Part shown: in pieces, positions 18,716 to 29,008 of the stretch
Layout: the number at the start of each line of letters is the position of its first letter
How positions within the stretch are numbered: position 1 is the stretch's first letter
IMG/VR virus record: IMGVR_UViG_3300009124_000007
Coordinates: 1-64,000 of that record
Reading direction: 5' to 3' (one strand)
Length of the DNA: 64,000 nt
From: a virus
Made by a program: the position numbers and the translations under genes
The notes under the pieces: generated by a model
Databases searched by the model: none
Seen by the model: only the letters and a program-made list of their open reading frames with translations
Told to the model about the DNA's origin: nothing

Positions 18716-20818
18716 ATGACCGTCAACACCGAAGTCAAAGGTACTCTTGCCAAACTGCTGGCAACTGAGAATCTGACCATCGAACATCGTAAGACTAGTA
18801 CTGCTTACTTTGACGTTGAGCGTCGTTTGCTTGCCCTGCCTATCTGGAAGGACGTTACGGGCGACGTATACGACCTTTTAGTGGGTCACGAAGTTGGTCA
18901 TGCACTCTATACCCCTGCAGATGATTTCGGCACTGCTCCAAAGGATTATGTGAACGTTCTGGAGGATGCTCGGGTTGAGCGTAAGATGAAGGTAACTTAT
19001 CCTGGTCTTCGTAAGTCCTTCTTCAAAGGATATCAAGAACTCAACAACCGCGACTTTTTTGCTGTTGAGGGTTGTGACATCTCTAAGATGAATCTGATTG
19101 ACCGTATCAATCTTCATTACAAGATTGGCGGTGAATTTGATGTACCTTTTACGGAAGAAGAACAGGTATGGGTTGATCGTGTTGGTGCGACTATCACCTT
19201 TGCCGACGTTGTAAAACTTGCTGAAGAACTTTATGCATATGCAAAGGAGTGTCAGAAAAAGCAAGAACCTGTTCCGACTCCTCCTACTCAGGCGCAGGGT
19301 TCGTCCAACTCGGACGAATATGATCCTCCGTCAAACTCACAAACTGATGAGACATCTGACGAGGGAGAAGATACTGACAGTGATAGCGATAGCGATTTTG
19401 ACGAGAGCGACGTTGATCCTTTTTCTCTAGATTATACAGATCCTTCTGTTTCTCAAACAGAACGTGCATGGACTGATAACCAGCATACCCTGGTTGATGA
19501 TGATGCTAAAGAATGGATCTACCTAGATCTTCCTAAAATCAAACTGGACAATGTGATTGTGCCGTGGAAAGTTGTTCAGAATGATCTGGGTCAGTATTTC
19601 GCTGAGCATGAAGGGATTCGTTCTTTGGACATGACTTATGGAAAGTATGAAGAGTACAAGAAGTCTGCTCAGAAGTCTGTCAACTATCTGGTCAAACAGT
19701 TTGAGATGAAGAAGTCTGCAGCAGAGTATGCTCGTGCTGCTACGTCTAAGACTGGTGTTATCAATACCAACAAACTGCACAATTACAAGTTTAGTGATGA
19801 CATCTTCAAGAAGGTAACTGTGCTGCCTGATGGTAAAAATCATGGTCTGATCTTCCAGTTGGATTGGTCTGGTTCTATGCATGATGTGATGATGGATACT
19901 ATCCGTCAACTCTATAATCTGATCTGGTTCTGTAAGAAGGTGCAGATTCCTTTCCTGGTCTATGCATTCCAATCACAGGATCACCACTACGGTGAAGTTT
20001 CTCCAGATAAGTTTGAAATCAAAGAGAACACTCTCTCTGTTGCTCACGATTTTAGTCTGATTGAGTTGTTCTCTTCTAAGATGAACAATAGGCAACTTGA
20101 TAATCAGATGAAGTATGTGTGGGCACAGTGTTGGGGAATGACTTCAAACTGGGCAACTCACGGTTCTGCATGGAAGTATAGTCTTGGTTCTACTCCTCTG
20201 GCAGAAGCAATTCTCTGCACTAAGGAACTGGTCAAGAGATTTCGAGCAGTGGAAAAGATTGAGAAAGTCAACGTAATTGCCCTGACTGATGGTGAGGCAA
20301 ACCCTCTCAGGTTTGTTGTTACCAAACGTGAAAGCGAGAAGTATGGTGATCACTGGGTCCAAGATTACCTGTGTCACAATATCCGCAAAGTTTTTATCCT
20401 TCGTGATCCTGTCACTGGATATCAACGTAAGATCAATCCTTCTCCACACAAGACCACACTGGAGATTGTATCTTTTGTTAGAGAGATTACAGATTATAAC
20501 TGGATTGGATTTAGACTCTGTTCTAAGTCTGATGTTCAGCACCTGCTCCGTTCGATATTACCCAATGAAGAAGAAATCAGTGCTATCATGAAGACGTGGA
20601 CAAAAGAACGTTATGCTGAGTTGAAGCATGATGGAGGATTCGATGTTCAATACTTCATTCCAAACCGATACATTGGTGGTGGAACAGATGATATTGAAGT
20701 AAAACAAAAGGGTGAGGTTGCCACAAAAGCAGAACTTACCCGAGCATTCCGAAAGCATATGGGTTCTAAAATGACTAATAAAACTTTGTTGAATAAATTT
20801 GTGGAGATGATCGCTTGA
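18716..20818 (+). CDS. CobT-like metallopeptidase/vWA protein
   Basis: HEVGH and NVLEDARVE; acidic linker; MIDAS motif DWSGSM...TP...TDGE. Confidence 0.85.
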   Translation: MTVNTEVKGTLAKLLATENLTIEHRKTSTAYFDVERRLLALPIWKDVTGDVYDLLVGHEVGHALYTPADDFGTAPKDYVNVLEDARVERKMKVTYPGLRKSFFKGYQELNNRDFFAVEGCDISKMNLIDRINLHYKIGGEFDVPFTEEEQVWVDRVGATITFADVVKLAEELYAYAKECQKKQEPVPTPPTQAQGSSNSDEYDPPSNSQTDETSDEGEDTDSDSDSDFDESDVDPFSLDYTDPSVSQTERAWTDNQHTLVDDDAKEWIYLDLPKIKLDNVIVPWKVVQNDLGQYFAEHEGIRSLDMTYGKYEEYKKSAQKSVNYLVKQFEMKKSAAEYARAATSKTGVINTNKLHNYKFSDDIFKKVTVLPDGKNHGLIFQLDWSGSMHDVMMDTIRQLYNLIWFCKKVQIPFLVYAFQSQDHHYGEVSPDKFEIKENTLSVAHDFSLIELFSSKMNNRQLDNQMKYVWAQCWGMTSNWATHGSAWKYSLGSTPLAEAILCTKELVKRFRAVEKIEKVNVIALTDGEANPLRFVVTKRESEKYGDHWVQDYLCHNIRKVFILRDPVTGYQRKINPSPHKTTLEIVSFVREITDYNWIGFRLCSKSDVQHLLRSILPNEEEISAIMKTWTKERYAELKHDGGFDVQYFIPNRYIGGGTDDIEVKQKGEVATKAELTRAFRKHMGSKMTNKTLLNKFVEMIA

Positions 20819-21210
20819 AACACGTACTTTTTACACTCTATCGGTGTGATGTAGAATTGCTCAATGACCGAATGTTTATTGAGAATCTTTTGTATGAAAC
20901 TGCATCTGAATGTGGATCCACATTTCTAAATACAGTATCACACCAATTTGAACCTCAGGGTGTTACTGCGGTCACTTTGCTAGCAGAATCTCATATCTCA
21001 ATTCACACTTGGCCAGAGAATCAGATGGCAGTATGTGACATCTTTACCTGTGGTGATCATACTGATCCTATGAAAGGATTCTGGTTTATGAAAGAGAAAC
21101 TCAAGTCTCTTTGTGCGACTCATCGAGAATACATTCGTCCATTCGATACCCCTGTGCCAGTTGATGAAGCGGTTTCTACCGTGGTCAGTCACGGCACTTC
21201 CGTGCTATAA
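20815..21210 (+). CDS. speD: S-adenosylmethionine decarboxylase proenzyme
   Basis: LAESHISIHTWPE self-cleavage motif; DIFTCG. Confidence 0.92.
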   Translation: MKHVLFTLYRCDVELLNDRMFIENLLYETASECGSTFLNTVSHQFEPQGVTAVTLLAESHISIHTWPENQMAVCDIFTCGDHTDPMKGFWFMKEKLKSLCATHREYIRPFDTPVPVDEAVSTVVSHGTSVL

Positions 21211-21238
21211 TTACTAGGTAATCAAAGGAAAACACTCC

Positions 21239-22315
21239 ATGCCTCGCAAGTCTCAAGTTACTACTGAAAATCTGGTCAATCAACTGACTGATATGTTCGG
21301 TGTTGAGGTTGGTGCTGATCAAGTCCGTACTGCTGCTGATCAGATGGGTATCTCTTACCCCACTGCTTGCAAACGTTTGGATCAGTACAAGACCAGTCGT
21401 GGTAAGTGGAACCTTACTGCTCAAGAAGTTCGTCAAAAAGTAGAGACTATCGTTCACAATCTCGTTCCCGAAGTCAATGATTCCTACGTCCCTTTCGGTA
21501 ATTTTGTCGATATCAAGAAAGTTGTTCGCTCTGGGCAATTTTATCCTGTCTTCATCACTGGTCTTTCTGGCAATGGAAAAACTTATTCCGTGGAACAGTC
21601 TTGCGCTCAACTTGACCGTGAACTGATCCGAGTCAACATTACTATTGAAACTGATGAAGACGATCTTCTTGGCGGTTTCCGTCTGGTTGACGGTAATACT
21701 GCTTGGCACAATGGTCCTGTGGTTGAAGCTCTTGAGCGAGGTGCTATTCTCCTCTTGGACGAAATCGATCTGGCGTCCAACAAAATTCTTTGTCTACAGT
21801 CTATTCTCGAAGGCAAAGGTGTTTTCCTGAAAAAAATTGGTCGTTATGTAAAACCCGCTAAAGGATTCAATGTTATTGCAACTGCAAATACTAAAGGTAA
21901 AGGCAGCGATGACGGTCGCTTTATTGGAACTAACGTTCTCAATGAGGCATTCCTAGAACGATTCCCCATCACCTTTGAGCAGGACTATCCCACTGCTGCA
22001 ACTGAAATCAAGATTCTACAAAACGTTGGTGCCGACGATCAGTTTGCTGATAACCTAGTCAAATGGGCAGGTGTTATCCGCAAAACTTTCTTTGATGGTG
22101 GAGTTGATGAAGTCATCACCACTCGTCGCCTGGTGCATATTGTTCAGGCATATCAAATCTTCGGTGATCGCATCAAAGCAATCACCAATTGTGTCAACCG
22201 TTTTGATTCTGACACCAAACAATCTTTCCTCGAACTTTATTCTAAGGTTGACGCAGGAGAGGATTCCGAGTACAATCAAGAAAACCAAAATCTTCTACAT
22301 GATGAACAAGTATAA
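21239..22315 (+). CDS. cobS: CobS-like MoxR AAA+ ATPase
   Basis: GLSGNGKT, LLLDEID, ATANTKG, NEAFLERF. Confidence 0.92.
   Translation: MPRKSQVTTENLVNQLTDMFGVEVGADQVRTAADQMGISYPTACKRLDQYKTSRGKWNLTAQEVRQKVETIVHNLVPEVNDSYVPFGNFVDIKKVVRSGQFYPVFITGLSGNGKTYSVEQSCAQLDRELIRVNITIETDEDDLLGGFRLVDGNTAWHNGPVVEALERGAILLLDEIDLASNKILCLQSILEGKGVFLKKIGRYVKPAKGFNVIATANTKGKGSDDGRFIGTNVLNEAFLERFPITFEQDYPTAATEIKILQNVGADDQFADNLVKWAGVIRKTFFDGGVDEVITTRRLVHIVQAYQIFGDRIKAITNCVNRFDSDTKQSFLELYSKVDAGEDSEYNQENQNLLHDEQV
22248..22276 (+). promoter_or_regulatory. sigma70-type promoter inside the cobS 3' end
   Basis: TTGACG-17-TACAAT. Confidence 0.65.
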
Positions 22316-22589
22316 TGAAGATCAACTCCTGAAGGAGTTGCGTGATTACATTGCCAGCACGTATGGTCAACATTATTCTGCTGGCAATGATAGCATTCAG
22401 ACTCTAGATCTGATTGAAGCATGTGGTGATGCTGAGGCATTCTGTCGGAGTAACATCCTGAAGTATGCATCTCGATATGACAAGAAGGGCAGTGCTCGTC
22501 GTGACATTATCAAGATTCTGCATTACGCATTGCTTCTTCTTCACTTTAGTGACAAATCTGCACCCCCTATTGAAACGTATCCTCAATGA
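22299..22589 (+). CDS. conserved hypothetical protein (DUF3310-like)
   Basis: TYGQHY, FCRSNILKYASRYDKKG, DIIKILHY. Confidence 0.75.
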   Translation: MMNKYNEDQLLKELRDYIASTYGQHYSAGNDSIQTLDLIEACGDAEAFCRSNILKYASRYDKKGSARRDIIKILHYALLLLHFSDKSAPPIETYPQ

Positions 22590-23248
22590 GTATGACCGTC
22601 CTTACCCGAGACACTGTTGACATTCTTCAAAACTTTGCCACGATCAACAATTCTATTGTGATCAAACCTGGCAATACTATCGGGACTCTTAGCGTCAATA
22701 AGAATATTCTTGCTTCGGCAGATGTTCCTGAGGAGTTTGAACGTCAAATCTCTATTTACGATTTGGGTTCGTTTATTGCAGGAACTAAATTCTTTGACAC
22801 TCCCAAACTCGTCACTGACAATGATAACTATGTGACAATCACCGAGCAGGCAAATACCAGGAAGCGAGCAAAGTTCTACTATGCTGACCCTGATATTATT
22901 GTTCAACCACCCGAAAAAAACATTCAACTTCCTTCTATTGATGTTGAATTTGATCTGTCTGGTAATGATCTGAAGCAACTTCTTGCTGCTGCAGCAACTT
23001 ACCGTGTACCTGATCTCTGTGTGTATGGTGATGGTGAGTCTATCAGTCTTTGCATCACCGATAAGAAGAATGATACTTCCAACACATATTCTGTGGAAGT
23101 CGGTGAGACCGACAAAGAGTTTTGCTACTGCTTCAAAGTGGAGAACCTCCGAGTCGTCAATCGTAACTACACTGTCAGTATCAGCAATGCTAACGTTGCA
23201 TATTTTGATGGTGGCAACATTCGTTACTGGATTGCACTTGAACCATGA
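22586..23248 (+). CDS. gp45: sliding clamp
   Basis: ILQNFATINNSI, IYDLGSF, YWIALEP. Confidence 0.95.
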   Translation: MSMTVLTRDTVDILQNFATINNSIVIKPGNTIGTLSVNKNILASADVPEEFERQISIYDLGSFIAGTKFFDTPKLVTDNDNYVTITEQANTRKRAKFYYADPDIIVQPPEKNIQLPSIDVEFDLSGNDLKQLLAAAATYRVPDLCVYGDGESISLCITDKKNDTSNTYSVEVGETDKEFCYCFKVENLRVVNRNYTVSISNANVAYFDGGNIRYWIALEP

Positions 23249-23787
23249 ATCAATATGAATTCTATGGTTGTGATGAACTACCAGGAATTCTAGATCAGAA
23301 GGAGTGTATCTTTCTAAAACGTGAACTGGATACTGAGTTTGCAACTCGTCCAGTTCATTTCGATGAGGGCAGAGGATTGGTCAAGATGATCTATCGACCA
23401 AAACCTGCCCTCTTTGTATTTGAGAGACTTCACTATTTTCTAGAAAGGTATCTCAATACAAAACTCTATCCAACGTATTGGTTCACCACACAATACTATA
23501 ACAAGTCTTATATGGCAGCACATACGGATAGGGAAGCATGTGAAGTGTCCGTCAGTCTGAATGTACACCAGGATAATCCCTGGCATCTAAAGGTAAAAGA
23601 TAAGACAGGAAAGAAACATTCGCTTGCCACTCCACCAGGAGATGCTGTATTATACAATGGTATAGAGTGTGAGCATTGGAGAACTCCTTACTCAGGTCAA
23701 AACTACACCCAACTATTTTTACATTATGTCAAACAAAGTGGAAAGTACTCAAGATACAGATACGACTCTAACTGTGAGGGAGTTTGA
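23245..23787 (+). CDS. 2OG-Fe(II) oxygenase-like protein
   Basis: HTD...GDAVLY...HWR...QLFLHY. Confidence 0.75.
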   Translation: MNQYEFYGCDELPGILDQKECIFLKRELDTEFATRPVHFDEGRGLVKMIYRPKPALFVFERLHYFLERYLNTKLYPTYWFTTQYYNKSYMAAHTDREACEVSVSLNVHQDNPWHLKVKDKTGKKHSLATPPGDAVLYNGIECEHWRTPYSGQNYTQLFLHYVKQSGKYSRYRYDSNCEGV

Positions 23788-24280
23788 TTACGTCAAACGT
23801 GACTGTGGATCCTGCAATGAATGCTGTAAGGGTTATCTCTACGGTGATGCACATGGCGTTCCATTCTATCCTGATAATCCCTGTCATTATCTTGACATGA
23901 AGTCACCCTGTGGTGGGTGTACAATCTACAACGATCGTCCTGCTATTTGTAGAGACTTCAAGTGCTGGTGGTTGATGAGTCAACAAGTTCCTAACTGGAT
24001 GAAACCAGAACTTTCTAAGGTCATCGTATACACTCGTGAGTTCACCGATGTGGATGGTGAATACTTGGAAGAAGGTGAGACTATTCAGTGGGTTTCTATG
24101 GTAGAATGTGGTCAAAAGGTAGACTCGATTGTTCTGTCTTGGGTCATCCAGCAGGCACAACGCACTCAGTCTAACCTTCATTATCAGGTGAACAAGCAAG
24201 ACCATTATCTTGGTTCTGCTCAGTTCCATCAATTTGTCAGCGATTCAAGTGGTTTCCAATTCAAGCGAAATGAAAAATGA
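23726..24280 (+). CDS. CxxCxxCC cysteine-cluster (YkgJ-like) protein
   Basis: CGSCNECC, PCHYL, GCTIYNDRPAICRDFKC. Confidence 0.8.
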   Translation: MSNKVESTQDTDTTLTVREFDYVKRDCGSCNECCKGYLYGDAHGVPFYPDNPCHYLDMKSPCGGCTIYNDRPAICRDFKCWWLMSQQVPNWMKPELSKVIVYTREFTDVDGEYLEEGETIQWVSMVECGQKVDSIVLSWVIQQAQRTQSNLHYQVNKQDHYLGSAQFHQFVSDSSGFQFKRNEK

Positions 24281-25214
24281 TTTTCTGTGGGTAGAGAAGT
24301 ATCGCCCTCAAACTGTGGAGGAGTGCATCCTCCCAGAAGAGACGAAAGAGATCTTTCAGGGATTTGTAGAACAGGGTGAGATCCCTAACCTGCTCCTGTC
24401 TGGTTCTGCTGGTGTTGGTAAGACCACCATTGCTAAGGCACTCTGCCGTCAACTTGGCGTGGACTGTATGGTCATCAACGGATCCGACGAGGGTCGTTTC
24501 TTGGACACTGTGAGGAACCAGGCAAAGACCTTCGCAAGCACCGTCTCTCTGACCTCTAGCGCCCGCCATAAGGTCCTTATCATCGATGAGGCAGACAACA
24601 CCACCCCAGACGTGCAACTGCTCCTGAGGGCGTCTATTGAGGAGTTCCAGAAGAACTGTAGGTTTATTTTCACCTGCAACTTCAAGAACAAGATTATCGA
24701 ACCTCTGCACTCTCGTACCACTGTTGTTGACTTCAACATCAATGGTAAGACAAAGCAGCAACTCTGTGCCAGTTTCATGAAACGCTGCCAGCATATTCTC
24801 GATGAGAATGAGATCGAGTATTCACCTAAGGTTGTGGCAGAACTGATCATGAAGTTCTTCCCCGATTTCCGTCGCACTCTGAATGAACTGCAGCGGTATT
24901 CAACCACTGGAAAGATTGACACTGGTATCATGGCAGTGTGTTCAGATGCTACCTATGATGCACTTGTGAAGTCCATGAAGGACAAGAAGTTCACTGATGT
25001 GAAGAAGTGGGTTGAGCAGAATCTAGATAACTCTCCTGCTATGATTATGCGTGGAATTTACGATCGCATGTATAATGTTATGCAGAAGCAGAGCATTGCT
25101 GCTGCTGTTTTGATCATTGCTGAGTATCAGTACAAATCTGCTTTTGTTGCAGACCAAGAAATCAACCTGCTTGCCTGTTTGACCCAACTTATGATGGAGT
25201 GTGAATTCGTATGA
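24270..25214 (+). CDS. gp44: clamp loader large subunit
   Basis: LWVEKYRP, GSAGVGKTT, IIDEAD. Confidence 0.97.
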   Translation: MKNDFLWVEKYRPQTVEECILPEETKEIFQGFVEQGEIPNLLLSGSAGVGKTTIAKALCRQLGVDCMVINGSDEGRFLDTVRNQAKTFASTVSLTSSARHKVLIIDEADNTTPDVQLLLRASIEEFQKNCRFIFTCNFKNKIIEPLHSRTTVVDFNINGKTKQQLCASFMKRCQHILDENEIEYSPKVVAELIMKFFPDFRRTLNELQRYSTTGKIDTGIMAVCSDATYDALVKSMKDKKFTDVKKWVEQNLDNSPAMIMRGIYDRMYNVMQKQSIAAAVLIIAEYQYKSAFVADQEINLLACLTQLMMECEFV

Positions 25215-26047
25215 ACCTAAAAACCCCTCTTCGCTATCCTGGTGGTAAATCTCGTGCCACTAAAAAACTCGCACAGTTTCTGCCTGACATGAGTCAGGTT
25301 CGTGAGTTCCGTGAACCCTTCCTGGGAGGTGGTTCTGTGGCACTCTACATGACTCAGATGTACCCACATATGTCTGTATGGGTCAATGACCTGTATGAAC
25401 CTTTAGTGAACTTCTGGAAGGTCTTGCAGACCGATGGTAAGAAGATGCGCGATGAACTCGTTCAACTCAAGAATCGCCATCCAGATCCTGCATCAGCGAA
25501 GGTTTTGTTTCTAGAGGCAAAAGAATATCTACAGCATTCTATCAAGAAGACTGAACCTTTTCATCGTGCTGTTAGTTTCTATGTGGTGAACAAGTGTTCG
25601 TTCTCTGGTCTCACTGAGTCTTCTTCTTTCTCGAATGCAGCATCAGATTCCAACTTCTCGATGCGTGGCATTGATAAACTGCCCGAATACCAGATGCTGA
25701 TTCGTAACTGGAAAATCACAAATCATTCTTACACTCAGGTGCTGGGTAATGGGGAAGACATCTTCATCTATCTCGATCCCCCATACGATATCAAAGACAA
25801 TCTGTATGGTAATAAAGGTAATATGCACGCTACATTCAATCACGATACCTTTGCAAAGGATTGTGAGAATCATGCAGAACGAGTCAAGATGATGGTCTCA
25901 TACAACTCCAGTCAATTGATTCGAGATCGATTCATGAACTGGCATCCTTATGAGTTTGACCATACCTATACCATGCGATCTGTTGGTGATTACATGGCAG
26001 AGCAACAAGAACGTAAAGAATTGGTACTAATCAACTATGGCATTTGA
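25211..26047 (+). CDS. dam: DNA adenine methyltransferase (Dam family)
   Basis: PLRYPGGKS, EPFLGGGSV, YLDPPY. Confidence 0.93.
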   Translation: MNLKTPLRYPGGKSRATKKLAQFLPDMSQVREFREPFLGGGSVALYMTQMYPHMSVWVNDLYEPLVNFWKVLQTDGKKMRDELVQLKNRHPDPASAKVLFLEAKEYLQHSIKKTEPFHRAVSFYVVNKCSFSGLTESSSFSNAASDSNFSMRGIDKLPEYQMLIRNWKITNHSYTQVLGNGEDIFIYLDPPYDIKDNLYGNKGNMHATFNHDTFAKDCENHAERVKMMVSYNSSQLIRDRFMNWHPYEFDHTYTMRSVGDYMAEQQERKELVLINYGI

Positions 26048-26438
26048 CGAGAACTATCCCCTCAAAGATTATCTGAACAGTATCAATAAGACTAAGAAGA
26101 ATCTGCTGAGGGATGGTGATCCTATGTGGGAAAAGAAGTATCCTGCATTCATTGTCAACAAATGTATGTCTCATCACTTGGATACGATCATGTATGCCAA
26201 TGAGATGAATCAGTATTCCGATCTAGATAATCTCTTGCAGTATGACTTTTTTATAAATACTGTGAGACCACGGCAGAGATTTTCTCCGTGGGGTAAGAAG
26301 GAAAAAGTACAAGACCTCGATATTGTCAAACAGTATTATGGTTATAGTAATGAGAAGGCATTAGATGCTCTTCGCATTTTGACTTCTGACCAACTTGAAT
26401 ACATTAGATGTAAACTGAATACTGGTGGTAAAAGATGA
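26037..26438 (+). CDS. gp62: clamp loader small subunit
   Basis: LKDYLNSIN, YANEMN, KQYYGYSNEKA. Confidence 0.93.
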   Translation: MAFDENYPLKDYLNSINKTKKNLLRDGDPMWEKKYPAFIVNKCMSHHLDTIMYANEMNQYSDLDNLLQYDFFINTVRPRQRFSPWGKKEKVQDLDIVKQYYGYSNEKALDALRILTSDQLEYIRCKLNTGGKR

Positions 26439-26863
26439 TCGAGAACGAAGTACAGTGGGATAAAAACAGCATGATTGAAGTTACTCTGGGGGAACCAGAT
26501 GACTTCTTGAAAGTGAGAGAAACTCTCACTCGTATTGGCGTAGCATCTCGCAAAGAGAAAAAACTATACCAGTCTTGTCATATTCTTCACAAGAAAGGAC
26601 AATACTACATTGTTCATTTCAAAGAATTATTCGCCCTAGACGGTAAGACTTCTAACATTACCAGTAATGATCTGCAACGCAGAAATAGAATCATTCAACT
26701 TCTGTCCGACTGGGGTCTCGTGAGCATTGTGTCTTCAGACTCAATTCTCGATATGGCACCTTTGAGTCAAATCAAAGTTATTTCTTATAAAGATAAAGGT
26801 GAGTGGCAACTTGAGTCGAAGTACAACATCGGCAAAAAGAAGCAACCCACTGAACAGACATGA
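26435..26863 (+). CDS. regA: translational repressor RegA
   Basis: DFLKVRETLTRIG, LYQSCHILHK, YIVHFKELF. Confidence 0.97.
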   Translation: MIENEVQWDKNSMIEVTLGEPDDFLKVRETLTRIGVASRKEKKLYQSCHILHKKGQYYIVHFKELFALDGKTSNITSNDLQRRNRIIQLLSDWGLVSIVSSDSILDMAPLSQIKVISYKDKGEWQLESKYNIGKKKQPTEQT

Positions 26864-27138
26864 CGGAAACAACAAAAGAAACGAAAGCAGTAAAAAGAGA
26901 TAAGGTTGATTGGCATGACGAGGGAGTTGCAACTCTAGTGAGAGTTATTATTCTCTCTTGGTCAGCATTTATTCTCACACTAAACTATGTTACCATCCCA
27001 GGTTGGCAACAAAGACAAATTGATCCCACTTTCATTGCCAGCGTCTTTACTGGGACGTTAGCTACTTTCGGGGTTCAGACAGCAAAGAAGAAAGAAGAAG
27101 AAAAGAAAGAGGAAAAGAAAGAAACTAAAGTAGAATAA
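26860..27138 (+). CDS. hypothetical membrane protein
   Basis: Two hydrophobic segments; IDPTFIASVFTG. Confidence 0.75.
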   Translation: MTETTKETKAVKRDKVDWHDEGVATLVRVIILSWSAFILTLNYVTIPGWQQRQIDPTFIASVFTGTLATFGVQTAKKKEEEKKEEKKETKVE

Positions 27139-27140
27139 TT

Positions 27141-27947
27141 ATGGAAATACAGGAACTGGGTATTAGCACACCTAATATCAAAGGGGTTGAAATACCTGTC
27201 ATTGATGCAACAATTCCAGTTCCTAGAACAGATATTTTTATTGGACCACCAGTAGTGGTCAACATCGGACTTCCCATTGTTGACGTTCCAGGTTGTGTGG
27301 AAGCACACGAAACTAATAATGCCAAGAATAATCAGATCAAAACAGATGACCAGAGAGGCACATATGTAGTCTGTGATGGTGGTATTCCTAGTTACAATCC
27401 AATCAATTTTGAACCTGAGCAGATAATCCCTACTGCTCCTGCTGGTGTTGATACTAGAGAAAAAGAGAACCCAAAACCACCAGGGCAGGTAGAACTACCT
27501 CAGGCAGCACCACCTGCTACTGCTAAGGTAGATTGCCCTACGGCAGCACAGCAATCAAAGGAACCTGTCGGAACATATGTAGAGGGTTTCCGAAAGAAGG
27601 TTGTTGAATATAAACTAATAGGCAACGAGTGTGTCCAGATAACAGAAGCAGTCCCACTACCTCAACAGATAGTAGCAGGACTGCCTAGTGGTGGTCAGGT
27701 TGTTCAGGTGGGTGGTGTTGCTGTGATTGCTACTGCATCAGCACTGCTAGCAAAACCGTTGGCAGACATCCTACTAAAGGCAGTCAAACCAACGGTCAAG
27801 AAAGTGATGAAGAAGATTGCTACGATCAGGAAGAAACCTATTCCCGTCCTGTCGTCAGGGGAGCGCCGAGCAGAGCAGCGTCAGATGAACCACGCTGTTC
27901 GGGAGTTGCGTTCTGTGTTCCCGAGGAAGAAGAAACGGAAGGGATAG
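27141..27947 (+). CDS. hypothetical protein, Pro-rich, with C-terminal hydrophobic and basic segment
   Basis: 268-aa ORF with paired Cys residues. Confidence 0.75.
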   Translation: MEIQELGISTPNIKGVEIPVIDATIPVPRTDIFIGPPVVVNIGLPIVDVPGCVEAHETNNAKNNQIKTDDQRGTYVVCDGGIPSYNPINFEPEQIIPTAPAGVDTREKENPKPPGQVELPQAAPPATAKVDCPTAAQQSKEPVGTYVEGFRKKVVEYKLIGNECVQITEAVPLPQQIVAGLPSGGQVVQVGGVAVIATASALLAKPLADILLKAVKPTVKKVMKKIATIRKKPIPVLSSGERRAEQRQMNHAVRELRSVFPRKKKRKG

Positions 27948-28728
27948 TGTGACGGTGTGGTTTGACAGCATTCACGTTATTCACTACAACATCAGCACAG
28001 ATTTTATAGTAAGGACTACGTGGGTGGAATTGGATTCCTTTGAGCATCAAATCACCACAATTCTTGAGACGGGCAATCTCAAAATCTAATCTCTTGTTAG
28101 CAACTAACTGAGAGTTCAATTCAATTTGAGTTTGTGCTGCTTTCTTACATAGATCCTGCAACTTCTTATCGGTAGGTGTGCTCCATGTCATAGAGAATCC
28201 CAGACCTAAGTTGTAGTTATCTTTCTGTCCTGTTCTTACAGGAACACGATAAAGCACAGACCCAGGATTATCAGGAGCACCATCCTCATCGAGATCCCGC
28301 ATATCGTACACAGGATCATAATAATATGGCTCGTATGGTTTGGTAGCAGATGCACTTCCAGTTACATATGGTGTGAAATTTCTGGTAGGTCCCTGACACT
28401 GGATTCCTCCACCGTAGGTGTTGGTGATGTATGGACCCTGTAAGACTTGGATTGCTTGGTTCGTGACTGAACCAGAGGAATTAGCAACAGGAGCAGCAGT
28501 AGCACTAACACCGCCCACCTCTGCGGAGGCTCCATTTCCATAACAAAATGCTCCTAATGTAATTATTGTGAGAAGATACTTGTAGTGTCTGTGACGCTTG
28601 TTACTTCTGTTGTTCTTTGTATAATTGTTTGGTTGCTGAGACCAGGACCCTGATACGTTTCTGTGAACTGAAACGCTGCTCCTGGTGTTGTCTGTGTGAA
28701 GGTTGGTTTGCTGTTGATTCCTGTCCAT
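27838..28728 (-). CDS. hypothetical secreted protein (start uncertain)
   Basis: Signal-like KYLLTIITLGAFC...ASA followed by SVTNQAIQVLQGPY. Confidence 0.7.
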   Translation of the reverse strand: MDRNQQQTNLHTDNTRSSVSVHRNVSGSWSQQPNNYTKNNRSNKRHRHYKYLLTIITLGAFCYGNGASAEVGGVSATAAPVANSSGSVTNQAIQVLQGPYITNTYGGGIQCQGPTRNFTPYVTGSASATKPYEPYYYDPVYDMRDLDEDGAPDNPGSVLYRVPVRTGQKDNYNLGLGFSMTWSTPTDKKLQDLCKKAAQTQIELNSQLVANKRLDFEIARLKNCGDLMLKGIQFHPRSPYYKICADVVVNNVNAVKPHRHTIPSVSSSSGTQNATPEQRGSSDAALLGAPLTTGRE

Positions 28729-28997
28729 GTCGAAGTCACGCCATCTATAGTTACATTGTTTGTTCCAGTGCCAGGAGATAAATTACCTGAGGCACTTACA
28801 CCACTCCCAGTTACAGAGTATTGATACCCTGTGTTATAGTCCATCGAGTTGATGGTTTCCGTTATTTTTTGTGTTGTCTCTGTGTGACTGGTCATCGACC
28901 CCTGTGTGAAGTTTGGGACCACGGGGACCCCCAGGGCAGCAGCAGGTATGGCAAATACACCCGCCACACTTAGGACACACCAACGAATCATATTCAT
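28563..28997 (-). CDS. hypothetical secreted Thr/Gly-rich protein
   Basis: Signal peptide then VPVVPNFTQG; RBS GAGG. Confidence 0.8.
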   Translation of the reverse strand: MNMIRWCVLSVAGVFAIPAAALGVPVVPNFTQGSMTSHTETTQKITETINSMDYNTGYQYSVTGSGVSASGNLSPGTGTNNVTIDGVTSTWTGINSKPTFTQTTPGAAFQFTETYQGPGLSNQTIIQRTTEVTSVTDTTSIFSQ

Positions 28998-29008
28998 TAC
29001 TATTTACC

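Noticed and set aside
22583-23344. 253-aa minus-strand ORF opposite gp45
   Set aside because: Antisense to a clear core gene and has no motifs.
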